A DNA stretch of 64,000 bases, taken from the NCBI GenBank assembly GCA_964535655.1, contig CAZHTP010000001.1, forward strand, positions 98,573 to 162,572. The letters run 5' to 3'. The translations under genes and the position numbers were made by a program. Shown one piece after another: positions 8,772 to 18,019 of the stretch. Origin of the DNA: an uncultured Gammaproteobacteria bacterium (GTDB taxonomy: Bacteria; Patescibacteriota; Microgenomatia; JALYQM01). Every line of letters starts with the position of its first letter. The stretch's first letter is position 1. Below the pieces are notes generated by a model. The model ran no database searches. It worked only from the letters and a program-made list of their open reading frames with translations, and was not told where the DNA came from.

Positions 8772-9632
8772 ATGGCTGATTATTACGCAACACTTGGTGT
8801 TGCACGAACCGCTACTCCTGAAGAAATAAAGAAAGCCTATCGGGGATTGGTGCGCAAGCACCACCCCGATGTGGATAAATCCGCTGATGCCGAAAAAAAG
8901 TTCAAGGAGATTTCTAATGCGTATGAAGTGTTGTCTGATCCACAGAAACGTCAAACATATGATCAATTTGGCAGTGCCGCTTTTGAAGGAAACGCAGCAG
9001 GTGGTGCGAGTTATGGAGGAAATCCATTTGGAGGTGGTAATCCGTTTGGTGGAGCTGGAGGGTATCAGTATTCGTATTCATCAAGTGGTGACTTTGATCC
9101 TTTTGATGTTTTAAACTCTTTTTTTGGGGGAGGAAGCCCCTTTGGAGGTGGTGCTGGGGGTAAACGTGCCCAACGGACACCCACGTATCAAATTCAGATA
9201 AGTTTTGATGATGCAGTGCATGGAGTGGAGAAGGAAGTTTCGATTGAAGGGAAGTCGCGTAAGATTAAAATTCCGGCAGGGGTTGACGACGGAACGCGGA
9301 TTAAGTTTGATGATTTTTCGTTAATTGTTTCAGTTTTACCTTCAGAAATTTTTCAACGAGACGGCTTTGATGTAATCGTTGAAAAAGAGATCCCGTTTGT
9401 TTTGGCAACGCTTGGTGGATCAACTCTGGTACCAACAGTTGATGGCGATGTGGAGCTAAAAATTCAGCCTGGTACGCAACCTGGTACAGTGGTGAGACTT
9501 GGAGGGCGTGGAATAAAGTCAACACGAGGTAATGCGCGGGGAGATGAGTATGTTAAATTTATTGTGAAGGTACCAACAAAGCTTTCAAATAAAGCTAAAA
9601 AACTGGTAGAAGAGTTACAGAAAGAACTATAA
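8772..9632 (+). CDS. DnaJ-family co-chaperone (J-domain, Gly/Phe-rich region, C-terminal substrate-binding domains) lacking the Cys-rich zinc-finger. It is CbpA/type II-like.
   Basis: The J-domain carries the HPD motif (KHHPDVDK). The G/F region is GGNPFGGAGGY. No CxxCxGxG repeats are present. Confidence 0.85.
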   Translation: MADYYATLGVARTATPEEIKKAYRGLVRKHHPDVDKSADAEKKFKEISNAYEVLSDPQKRQTYDQFGSAAFEGNAAGGASYGGNPFGGGNPFGGAGGYQYSYSSSGDFDPFDVLNSFFGGGSPFGGGAGGKRAQRTPTYQIQISFDDAVHGVEKEVSIEGKSRKIKIPAGVDDGTRIKFDDFSLIVSVLPSEIFQRDGFDVIVEKEIPFVLATLGGSTLVPTVDGDVELKIQPGTQPGTVVRLGGRGIKSTRGNARGDEYVKFIVKVPTKLSNKAKKLVEELQKEL

Positions 9633-9634
9633 TT

Positions 9635-10462
9635 TTATTTTATTCTTCGCGGCCCACCACCTCTGACAACAGGAACAGGTAATTTTTCTTTTAGGATGTG
9701 ACGCGCTGTAAGCATTTCAGGGATATCATGTTGTGAAGCAAACAACAGTCTTCCAGCGGCCGTTCTGTGATTATCGTTTTTGAAAACTTCAAAATTTGGA
9801 CTTTTTAATTCATTATCACACCCTGATAGGACAAAAGTTTTTCGCTGTGATCTTTCCCGATTACTATTACCTGACCCAACTGTTATACAAAATGATCCTT
9901 CAGGTTTCAGGAAAGCAGCGAGTCGTGCAATCGCAGATCGTTTATCGGGATCGTCTTTCTGGGCAAATTGGCGAAATACTTCAGGATCCGCTCGATTGAT
10001 AACGATCGTATCAAAAGGAGTTCCATGATATGTATCAGTAAAGCCACGTATGCCGAGCTCGTAATGATGAAGTGTTGTGGGAGCAATAATTGGACTTAAG
10101 GACTTTATGAGATCTTCTATATCAGTTCGCGGATCGAATGATATTGCGGAGCCAACTTTAAAGCGAGCTGATTCCTCTATATTTCCTGGTACGTCTATCG
10201 TTATTTTTGCCATTAGCGTTTTAAATGCATCTGGACGATAGGCAACTCGTAGCCAATAATCTGAGGGTGGCTCTACATAAAATGCAGAAACTTCATCTAA
10301 TGCTAACCCAGCTCCTACAAATAACGCATTTCCACCTCTTTTTATCTTTCCCATGAGTTCAAGTGTTCTAAATGCGCGATAAAAGGTATGCATTCCAGGA
10401 AATCTTAGATAGGCTTCCGCTTCTTGATGGATTAGGCTGTACTTTCTGCGGCTGCTATCCAT
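9635..10462 (-). CDS. Hypothetical protein, possibly with a class I methyltransferase-like fold.
   Basis: The RBS GAGAAGG lies 5 nt upstream of the ATG. Motifs are weak (ALFVGAGLA, LKPEGSF). No confident family assignment is possible. Confidence 0.55.
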   Translation of the reverse strand: MDSSRRKYSLIHQEAEAYLRFPGMHTFYRAFRTLELMGKIKRGGNALFVGAGLALDEVSAFYVEPPSDYWLRVAYRPDAFKTLMAKITIDVPGNIEESARFKVGSAISFDPRTDIEDLIKSLSPIIAPTTLHHYELGIRGFTDTYHGTPFDTIVINRADPEVFRQFAQKDDPDKRSAIARLAAFLKPEGSFCITVGSGNSNRERSQRKTFVLSGCDNELKSPNFEVFKNDNHRTAAGRLLFASQHDIPEMLTARHILKEKLPVPVVRGGGPRRIK

Positions 10463-10650
10463 TGTGCCTTCTCTATGGGTAGCGGTGTAGCATCAGCTAT
10501 CGTTCGCAGTGATTGTACTTGATCGATAGGTATTGCTTTCTGGATTTCGGCCTGAATTACTAAATCATTTTCATGGCGAAATTTTTCTTTAGTGGCTCTT
10601 ACCTCAGTAGGGAGGTGCCGCATACTATTTCTTACAAATTCTGCACTCAT
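10432..10650 (-). CDS. Small hypothetical protein (72 aa). It overlaps the downstream gene by 31 nt and is probably leaderless.
   Basis: The ATG lies 6 nt downstream of a TTGAAT-N17-TATAAT promoter. No SD sequence is present. Confidence 0.4.
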   Translation of the reverse strand: MSAEFVRNSMRHLPTEVRATKEKFRHENDLVIQAEIQKAIPIDQVQSLRTIADATPLPIEKAQWIAAAESTA

Positions 10651-10656
10651 TTGCGA

Positions 10657-10685
10657 ATTATACTATAGGTCTTTATATAATTCAA
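10657..10685 (-). promoter_or_regulatory. Near-consensus promoter (TTGAAT-N17-TATAAT) ending 6 nt before the ATG at 10650. This implies a leaderless transcript.
   Basis: On the minus strand the sequence reads TTGAAT tatataaagacctatag TATAAT tcgcaa ATG. Confidence 0.4.
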
Positions 10686-10689
10686 TACT

Positions 10690-11298
10690 TTGTGTTATAC
10701 TTTTTGGGTGGAATTGGTTCAAAATATCCTTAAAAAAGAAGAAAAACGACAATTTGTGTATAGTTGGTTTGGCGATGACAATCGCGAGGACCAGCATGAA
10801 ATCGTGTTGGAAGGGGATAATAGTGAAGTGGATGTTTATGGTATATTCTACGGTCATGACGCTTCAACCTTTAAAAGTAACGTGCGAGTTGTTCATAAAG
10901 GGCTAAATACTCGGGCAAACGTGTTTGCCTGCGGGGTCGTTGTTGATCGTTCATTTTTGGATTTCTCGGGGATGCTGAGGGTTGAGCATGGAGCTAAAGG
11001 TACTCGGACATTTTTTAGAGCAAATTTGATGATTCTTTCGCCTAAGGCTGCTGCCAATACGTTTCCTGGGCTTGAGATTGAGGAGAATGATATTGCGCAC
11101 GGTGGACACGCAGCAACGGTAGGTAAGGTTAACGAAGAGCAGATGTTTTATTTAATGAGTAGAGGCTTAACTGAATCTGAGTCTAAAAAAATTGTAATCC
11201 AGGGGTTTTTTGAACCGGTATTGAGTAAAATTGAGGAAGATGAACAAGGTGCGTTGCGAAGTAAATTAAATTCGTTACTTGAAACGTACTATTTATGA
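10690..11298 (+). CDS. sufD: Short SufB/SufD-family Fe-S cluster assembly protein.
   Basis: SufBD C-terminal beta-helix motifs are present (GACGVVVDRSF..DFSGMLRVEHGAKGTRTFFRANLMILSPKAAANTFPGLEIEENDIAHGGHAATVG). The annotated start is a TTG, so the true start is uncertain. Confidence 0.65.
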   Translation: MCYTFWVELVQNILKKEEKRQFVYSWFGDDNREDQHEIVLEGDNSEVDVYGIFYGHDASTFKSNVRVVHKGLNTRANVFACGVVVDRSFLDFSGMLRVEHGAKGTRTFFRANLMILSPKAAANTFPGLEIEENDIAHGGHAATVGKVNEEQMFYLMSRGLTESESKKIVIQGFFEPVLSKIEEDEQGALRSKLNSLLETYYL

Positions 11299-12500
11299 GA
11301 AATTTTCGTGAAGACTTTCCATTGTTACAGAATAGAGAGGTTGTCTTTTTGGATTCAGCGGCGAGTGCACAAAAGCCGAAACCAGTAATTGAGGCGATGG
11401 TTGATGTAATGGAGAGGCATTATGCGAATGTTAATCGCGGCGTATATACCTTGTCTGAAGAGGTCACGGTGCTTGTTGAAGAATCACGAGCTACAGTGCA
11501 GAAATTTATTAATGCAACCCAACCAGAAGAAATCATATTTACCAGAAATACAACGGAATCAATTAATTTGATAATGTATACATGGGCGCGGAAAAATTTT
11601 GTTAAAGGCGATATTGTCGTGATTACGGAAATGGAACATCACTCGAATATTGTTCCCTGGCAAATGTTACGAGATGAAATTGGTGTTGAGCTTGTTTGGA
11701 TTCCTGTGAATGACGAAGGGTACTTGGCATGGGAAGAGTTTAAAACGCGAGATACTTCACGGATTAAGTTAATTTGTGTGACTCATGTTTCCAATGTTTT
11801 AGGCACTATAAATCCAATTAAAGAAATTGCCTCCTGGACTCATGCCATTGGTGCCAAAATTTTAGTTGATGGCGCCCAAGGGGTTACAAATATTCCTGTT
11901 GATGTGCAAGATCTTGATGTGGATTGGTATGCGTTTTCGGGGCACAAGTTATATGGACCGAGTGGGGTTGGCGTTCTCTATGGAAAGACTGACTTATTGG
12001 GTGAGATGCAGCCATTTTTAGGGGGCGGCGATATGATCTTAGAGGTCACAAAAGAAAAGACAACGTATAAGGAGCCACCGCATAAGTTTGAAGCAGGAAC
12101 TCCAGCAATTGTTGAAATTATAGGATTAGGTGCTGCAATTGATTATGTTTTGGCAATTGGGATGGATGTAATTCGTGAACATAATTTAGAATTGACGACA
12201 TATGCTATTGGGAAGTTGAACCACATTGAAGGCGTTAAATTGTATGGTCCTTCAAAAGTAGAACATAAGGGTGGAGTGATTGCATTTTCAATGGAAGGAA
12301 TTCATCCGCATGATATTGCAACTATTCTTAATGAAAACTCGATTGCGATTCGAAGTGGGCATCATTGTGCACAACCCTTATGTGACCGAATGGGACAGTC
12401 AGCACTAGCGCGAGTGAGCTTTGGAATCTATAACACTAAGGAAGAAATCGATTTGCTTATTACTGGATTACAACAGGTACGATCTGTATTTAAACTATAA
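11295..12500 (+). CDS. sufS: Cysteine desulfurase SufS (class V aminotransferase).
   Basis: The PLP-lysine motif FSGHKLYGPSGVGVLYG is present, together with a C-terminal catalytic Cys region (RSGHHCAQP). A 4-nt start/stop overlap with the upstream gene suggests coupling. Confidence 0.9.
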   Translation: MRNFREDFPLLQNREVVFLDSAASAQKPKPVIEAMVDVMERHYANVNRGVYTLSEEVTVLVEESRATVQKFINATQPEEIIFTRNTTESINLIMYTWARKNFVKGDIVVITEMEHHSNIVPWQMLRDEIGVELVWIPVNDEGYLAWEEFKTRDTSRIKLICVTHVSNVLGTINPIKEIASWTHAIGAKILVDGAQGVTNIPVDVQDLDVDWYAFSGHKLYGPSGVGVLYGKTDLLGEMQPFLGGGDMILEVTKEKTTYKEPPHKFEAGTPAIVEIIGLGAAIDYVLAIGMDVIREHNLELTTYAIGKLNHIEGVKLYGPSKVEHKGGVIAFSMEGIHPHDIATILNENSIAIRSGHHCAQPLCDRMGQSALARVSFGIYNTKEEIDLLITGLQQVRSVFKL

Positions 12501-12502
12501 AA

Positions 12503-12868
12503 ATGAATTTATACCAAGACGAAATTCTCGATCATTATAAACATCCTCATAATAAAAAGCGTCTTAGTGATGTTACCGATTCTGTTGAGGCGGTTAATCC
12601 GTTATGCGGTGATAAGCTTGGACTTGATGTTAAAATTCTTGACGGAGTGATTTGTGAGGCTGGGTATTGGGGAGAGGGGTGTGCAATTTCGCAAGCTTCG
12701 ATGTCGATGCTTAGTGATGAGCTAATCGGCATGAAAGTTGTTGATTTGGAGGGAATTACGCAAGAGACAATTTTAGAAATGTTGGGAGTTTCCGTTGGAC
12801 CGTCTCGGTTAAAATGTGCTTTACTTCCGCTTACTCTGGTTCAAAAGATTCTCAAGAATTTGCATTGA
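12503..12868 (+). CDS. sufU: SufU/IscU-like sulfur-transfer scaffold.
   Basis: NPLCGDKL...GCAISQASMSM...KCALLPL matches the conserved Cys/Asp ligands of SufU. Confidence 0.85.
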   Translation: MNLYQDEILDHYKHPHNKKRLSDVTDSVEAVNPLCGDKLGLDVKILDGVICEAGYWGEGCAISQASMSMLSDELIGMKVVDLEGITQETILEMLGVSVGPSRLKCALLPLTLVQKILKNLH

Positions 12869-12904
12869 TTAGGTATAGTATATTTGGTATAGTTATGGAG
12901 CTTT

Positions 12905-13168
12905 ATGGGAAAACTTGTTAAAAAAGTAAAAATTGATCAAAGTATGTGTATTGGTGCGGGAACGTGCGTTGTTCTCGACCCGAACGGTTTTTTGCTCGAT
13001 GCGGAAAATAAAGCAGTATATAAAGATCCGGAAAATCCCGGTGTAACTCTTGTTGAATATGAATTTCCTCAGCCGGTCGATAATTTTGACCTGGTTCAGG
13101 CAGCTGAAGGATGTCCGGTTCAATGTATATATTTATATGATGAAAACGGGGAACAAATTTTTCCTTAG
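12905..13168 (+). CDS. Small mono-cluster ferredoxin.
   Basis: CIGAGTC...CPVQCI matches the Cys spacing of single [3Fe-4S]/[4Fe-4S] ferredoxins. The gene lies directly downstream of sufU. Confidence 0.7.
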   Translation: MGKLVKKVKIDQSMCIGAGTCVVLDPNGFLLDAENKAVYKDPENPGVTLVEYEFPQPVDNFDLVQAAEGCPVQCIYLYDENGEQIFP

Positions 13169-13188
13169 TTTTAGAAAGGACTAATGCT

Positions 13189-14013
13189 GTGAGCGAACAT
13201 GATATTGATAAAAAGGATGCTGTAGTAGGCGCATCGGAGGAGCAGAAATCAACTCCTGTTATTCACCAGAATATAAATCGTGGTGGATTTTTAAATGGCG
13301 GGTGGCCAACGACATTACTATTCCTCATTGCTTTCTTTGTCGTTAGTTATTCCCTTGGGGTTGTAATTGAGCGGAATAATAAAATTACAACAGGTGGTGG
13401 AACTGGAACTCAGGCTGCAGGCAATAGAAATTTTACTATTACTGGCTTTAAGAAAGCTGCATCTGATTTGAAGCTGGATACTAAGAAGTTTAATGCCTGT
13501 CTTGATTCAGGAAAGTATGCGGCTGATGTTAAGAAAGATTCTGACGAAGGTATTTCACTTGGTATTAATGGAACTCCATCGTTTGTTATTAACGGGGTTG
13601 CACTTGTGGGCGCACAGCCTTTGACGGTATTTCAGCAGATTTTACAAGGATCGCCAATAGTTATGGATCCGGAGGCAACTACTTCGGCAGGAATGGCTGA
13701 CGGAAAGAAGGTGACAGGAACGATTGCAATGGATAATGTTCGAATGAGAGGAGATAAAAATGCCCCTATAACTATTGTTGAATATTCGGATTTTCAATGC
13801 CCTTACTGTGGTCGATTTTATCAGGATACTTATCGTAAGATTGATGAAGAATTTATAAAAACAGGTAAAGCTAAAATTGTATTTAAAGATTTTCCTCTTT
13901 CTATTCATCCTCAAGCTTCTAAAGCTGCGGAAGCAGCACGTTGCGCACAGGAACAGGGTAAGTTTTGGGAGATGCACGACAAATTATTTGAACTTCAGTT
14001 GAGTTCGACCTAA
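13189..14013 (+). CDS. Membrane-anchored DsbA/BdbD-like thiol:disulfide oxidoreductase with circularly permuted domain order. The C-terminal half precedes the CPYC-containing N-terminal half.
   Basis: The TM helix WPTTLLFLIAFFVVSYSLGVVI is followed by the DsbA C-terminal block (FNACLDSGKYAADVKKDSDEGISLGINGTPSFVINGV). Then comes the N-terminal block (NAPITIVEYSDFQCPYCGRF...FWEMHDKLFE), after which the ORF ends. Confidence 0.75.
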   Translation: MSEHDIDKKDAVVGASEEQKSTPVIHQNINRGGFLNGGWPTTLLFLIAFFVVSYSLGVVIERNNKITTGGGTGTQAAGNRNFTITGFKKAASDLKLDTKKFNACLDSGKYAADVKKDSDEGISLGINGTPSFVINGVALVGAQPLTVFQQILQGSPIVMDPEATTSAGMADGKKVTGTIAMDNVRMRGDKNAPITIVEYSDFQCPYCGRFYQDTYRKIDEEFIKTGKAKIVFKDFPLSIHPQASKAAEAARCAQEQGKFWEMHDKLFELQLSST

Positions 14014-14036
14014 ATTAAAGTTCAATGTGAATAATT

Positions 14037-14068
14037 AAGCCTGGATATTTTTATTCAGGCTTTTTTTG
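14037..14068 (+). terminator. Intrinsic terminator (AAGCCTG-loop-CAGGCTT followed by TTTTTTT).
   Basis: A 7-bp stem lies at 14037-14043 / 14056-14062, followed by a T-run. Confidence 0.7.
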
Positions 14069-14146
14069 AACTGTCCTTATTGCGATGGCTGTAAGTGTTT
14101 GGGTAAATAGTAGCAAATAAGGTATAATGAGAGCTGAGGTGCTATT

Positions 14147-15310
14147 ATGCGCATTTGTATCGACATCTCTCAGACTGTCTATGAAGGTAGCGGAAGTGGT
14201 CGCTATGTTGTGGAGTTGGTTAAAGAGCTTTTAGCTCAAGATCAGACAAACGAGTACGTCCTTTTTGGAAGCGCGATGCGTCGACGATCTCAGCTTGTTT
14301 CTTTTGTTGCATTGCTTAAAGAACAATTTCCCAAAAGTCATATTACGCCGAAACTATTTTATTTCCCGCCAAAATTTTTTGAAATAGTATGGAATCGTTT
14401 ACATATTCTTCCGCTTGAGTTTTTTACTGGGCGAGTTGATGTATACCATTCTTCAGATTGGGTGGAAGCTTTGAGTAAAGCAAAGCGTGTAACAACGGTT
14501 CATGATTTAATTCCCTTTTTGTATCCGGTATTTGTTCATCCGCGGATTCGAGAGGCGCATATACTGCGGTGGAAACGAATTCTTGCTGAGGAAGATTGTG
14601 TTATTGTCGATGCAGAAATTACTAAGAAAGATATTATTTCGCGATTTTCTTTTCCAGCAGAAAAAATCGCCGTAATACCCTTGGCTTGTGATGCCCGTTT
14701 TTTCGAGATAGGTGAAAAGCGAATTCAGGGTTTGTTGAAAACTGACGCTCAATTGATAGAAGTACTTACCAGCTATAACTTAAATTTTGATTCGTATATT
14801 TTGTGTGTTGGTACCCTAGAACCACGAAAAAATATTCAGCGATTAATTCAGGCGTATTCACAACTTGATGTGAATTTTCGAGAAAAATTTCCGCTTGTTG
14901 TCGTTGGTAAAAAGGGATGGAGTTCTGATTTTGACTCTCGCGATAACGTAAGCTTTACCGGGTATGTTGCCGATACTGACTTACCGTATCTGTATGGTGG
15001 CGCAAAATGTTTTGTGATGCCAAGTTATTATGAAGGGTTTGGGCTTCCTGTCCTTGAGGCGATGGCCAGTGGAGCTCCGGTCATTTGTTCAAATATTTCA
15101 TCACTTCCAGAAATTGGTGGGGAAGAGGTCCATTATATTGAAGATCCTGAAAGTATTGAATCGATCAGACTTATTTTATCTCATGTATTGGTAAGCCCTA
15201 TTGAAGAACTATCATTAGTAGCAAAAAGTGCTTATACTCGATCTAAGACCTTTTCTTGGCAGAAAACAGCTGAGAGAACGCGTGAGATTTATAATAATTT
15301 AGTTAATTAA
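14147..15310 (+). CDS. Family GT4 glycosyltransferase (GT-B fold).
   Basis: The C-terminal E-x7-E region is present ([27 protein letters not shown]). Confidence 0.85.
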   Translation: MRICIDISQTVYEGSGSGRYVVELVKELLAQDQTNEYVLFGSAMRRRSQLVSFVALLKEQFPKSHITPKLFYFPPKFFEIVWNRLHILPLEFFTGRVDVYHSSDWVEALSKAKRVTTVHDLIPFLYPVFVHPRIREAHILRWKRILAEEDCVIVDAEITKKDIISRFSFPAEKIAVIPLACDARFFEIGEKRIQGLLKTDAQLIEVLTSYNLNFDSYILCVGTLEPRKNIQRLIQAYSQLDVNFREKFPLVVVGKKGWSSDFDSRDNVSFTGYVADTDLPYLYGGAKCFVMPSYYEGFGLPVLEAMASGAPVICSNISSLPEIGGEEVHYIEDPESIESIRLILSHVLVSPIEELSLVAKSAYTRSKTFSWQKTAERTREIYNNLVN

Positions 15311-15323
15311 ACGGATATTATAT

Positions 15324-16454
15324 ATGAAAATCGGAATTGATGGTAATGAAGCGAATATAGCCGATAGAGTAGGTAGTGGTATGTATGCATACCAAGTTTT
15401 GAAGCATCTTTATGAGCTTGATACCTGGAATGAATATACGATCTATCTTAAACATGCTCCTATACGAGACATGCCCAATGAACGTAAAAACTGGAAATAC
15501 GTGGTATTGGGCCCAGAAAAATTGTGGACTCAATTTGCACTTCCTTTAAGGTTATTTATTGACGGGCGTAAGCTTGATGTATTTTTTTCTCCAGGACATT
15601 ATGCTCCTCGTTTTTGTCCTTGTAAGACAGTTATCTCTGTTCTTGATACTGCATATCTGCGTTTCCCTGAGTACTTTAAGAAAAGTGATTTAATGCAACT
15701 AAAGTCTTGGTCGAAATATAGCATAAAGAAAGCTGCTCATGTTTTAACTATTTCAGAATCATCAAAACAAGATATTGTTAAATTTTATGGTACAGATCCA
15801 AACAAGGTTACTGTTACTTATCTTGGCTTTGACACTGAGACATTTAAACCTGTTGAGAACGAAGAAAAAATTAAAAAAATCCTTGATAAATATGGATTTA
15901 AGCGGCCGTATATATTGTATTTAGGGACACTACAACCGCGAAAAAACATCGTCCGATTAATTCAAGCTTTTAAGGATCTTATTACTCAGGAAAGTTACAC
16001 TCAGCTTGGCTTAAAGTTAGTAATCGTTGGGAAAAAAGGGTGGTTATATCAGGAGATTTTTGCGGAAGTAAAGAAATTGCAGTTAGAAGATGTTGTCGTG
16101 TTTACCGGGTATATTACTGATGATGAAAAACCGGCAATTCTTTCGGGAGCGCTACTATATACGCTCCCTTCGTTATATGAAGGATTTGGAATTCCTGTTT
16201 TGGAAGCGATGGCGTGTGGAACACCTGTTGTTGTTTCACGAATTTCATCCCTGCCTGAAGTAGTAGGTGAATATGGGGTTCTTGTTGATCCGTATAATGT
16301 AAAGAGTATTAGTGGTGGACTAAAATTGTTGGTAAAAGATGTTGATTTACGTGAACAATTGAAAAAAAATGGATTGCAGTGGGTTAAACAATTTGATTGG
16401 ATGCACACCGCTCGTACAACTCTTGCGGTATTAGAATCTTATAGAAAAGAGTAA
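15324..16454 (+). CDS. Family GT4 glycosyltransferase.
   Basis: The GT4 signature YTLPSLYEGFGIPVLEAMACGTPVVVS is present. Confidence 0.85.
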   Translation: MKIGIDGNEANIADRVGSGMYAYQVLKHLYELDTWNEYTIYLKHAPIRDMPNERKNWKYVVLGPEKLWTQFALPLRLFIDGRKLDVFFSPGHYAPRFCPCKTVISVLDTAYLRFPEYFKKSDLMQLKSWSKYSIKKAAHVLTISESSKQDIVKFYGTDPNKVTVTYLGFDTETFKPVENEEKIKKILDKYGFKRPYILYLGTLQPRKNIVRLIQAFKDLITQESYTQLGLKLVIVGKKGWLYQEIFAEVKKLQLEDVVVFTGYITDDEKPAILSGALLYTLPSLYEGFGIPVLEAMACGTPVVVSRISSLPEVVGEYGVLVDPYNVKSISGGLKLLVKDVDLREQLKKNGLQWVKQFDWMHTARTTLAVLESYRKE

Positions 16455-16464
16455 GTGAGGTACT

Positions 16465-17061
16465 ATGTTTACTGACAAAGATGGCAATCAATTATCTACT
16501 GATGTTGCTTTGAAGAAAATCATTCGCCGTTTTTATTCCTACGGGGAAGACTTTTCTCTCATGCTTTTGACGCTTATTGGTTATGTTCCTTCTCATTTTG
16601 TGCGTAAATTCTTTTATAGACTGGCAGGAATCGCGATTGGTCAAAAAAGCTTTATCCATATGGGAGCCCGTTTCTACGATACGACCCGTATCAGTATTGG
16701 AGATGGAACTATAATTGGGTATCGCTGTTTCTTAGATGGCCGAGATACGCTAACGATTGGAAATCATGTGGATATTGCAAGCGAGGTAATGATTTATAAT
16801 TCAGAGCATGATCACCATGCCTCAGACTTCCATGCAATCAATGCACCTGTTACTATAGAAGACTATGTGTTTATTGGGCCCCGTTCAATTATCTTACCTG
16901 GCGTTCGCATAGGTAGAGGGGTGATTGTAGCGGCAGGAGCGGTTGTAACAAAGGATGTACCGGCATTGTCGATCGTTGGTGGTGTACCAGCTAAACAGAT
17001 TGGGACACGAAATGTATCTGAGTTAGCATATAAATTAGGGCGTCCGAGGTTATTTCAATAA
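16465..17061 (+). CDS. Hexapeptide-repeat (LbH) sugar O-acetyltransferase.
   Basis: Repeated [LIV]G-x4 hexapeptides are present ([51 protein letters not shown]). Confidence 0.8.
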   Translation: MFTDKDGNQLSTDVALKKIIRRFYSYGEDFSLMLLTLIGYVPSHFVRKFFYRLAGIAIGQKSFIHMGARFYDTTRISIGDGTIIGYRCFLDGRDTLTIGNHVDIASEVMIYNSEHDHHASDFHAINAPVTIEDYVFIGPRSIILPGVRIGRGVIVAAGAVVTKDVPALSIVGGVPAKQIGTRNVSELAYKLGRPRLFQ

Positions 17062-17062
17062 T

Positions 17063-18019
17063 ATGTTTGATGTATCGATACTAATCGTTAATTTTAATAC
17101 GCGTGAACTTACAATGAAGCTCCTTGAGAGTGTCTTTAAGTATACGCGTGGAGTTACCTATGAAGTTATTGTTATTGATAATGCTTCTGAAGATAAAAGT
17201 GTTGCAGAAATTAAGCGAAAATACCGTAATAAAGTTACCGTTATTAAAAATAAAGAGAACGTTGGATTTGGGGCTGCTAATAATCAAGGGATGGCGATTG
17301 CTCAAGGACGATATTTCTGTTTATTGAATTCAGACACCTTACTTATTGGAAATGTATTTGAGAAAATGATCGAGTGGTTCGATCAGAATACCTTTGTTCC
17401 TATTAAAAGCTCCCGTAAAATTAATCCCGAGGAATTTAATTTATCATCTCTTCCGCATGGCACCGTTAAGCGGTATCCGATTGGATTGATTGGTTGCAAA
17501 TTGCTTAATTCTGATCGTACCGAACAATATAGTATTAAGCGATTCCCGACACTCGCAACAATGTTTGGTAATTTATTTTTATCCCGGCTTATTCGTCCAA
17601 CTATGCCTGATAAGATTACCGAGGTAGATTATGTGATGGGGGCCTTTATGCTTTTAAAGCGTGAGGTGTATGAACGAGTAGGTGGGTTTGATGAGCGCAT
17701 TTTTATGTATGTAGAAGAGACTGATTGGTGCTATCGAATACGAAAACATGGCTTTAGTGTGGTATACTGGCCTGATGCGGCGATAATTCATTATGGTGGT
17801 AGTAGTGCTATTCGTGGCCGTCGGGATCAAGTGTTAAATGCCTTTAAAGGATATCGTTATTTTTATAAAAAACATTATAGCAAAGCGATGTATTCTTGGC
17901 TTATGGCACAATTGAGATTAAAGTCCTATGTATCGTATGTGTTTGGGCGATTAACGGGAAATAAATATCTGGTCAACACCTACCGTGAAGCGTTGAAAGA
18001 TTTACATGATGGAAAGTAA
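17063..18019 (+). CDS. Family GT2 glycosyltransferase (GT-A fold).
   Basis: SILIVNFNTRELT..VIVIDNASEDKS..LLNSDT matches the DXD-containing GT2 N-terminal domain. Confidence 0.85.
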   Translation: MFDVSILIVNFNTRELTMKLLESVFKYTRGVTYEVIVIDNASEDKSVAEIKRKYRNKVTVIKNKENVGFGAANNQGMAIAQGRYFCLLNSDTLLIGNVFEKMIEWFDQNTFVPIKSSRKINPEEFNLSSLPHGTVKRYPIGLIGCKLLNSDRTEQYSIKRFPTLATMFGNLFLSRLIRPTMPDKITEVDYVMGAFMLLKREVYERVGGFDERIFMYVEETDWCYRIRKHGFSVVYWPDAAIIHYGGSSAIRGRRDQVLNAFKGYRYFYKKHYSKAMYSWLMAQLRLKSYVSYVFGRLTGNKYLVNTYREALKDLHDGK

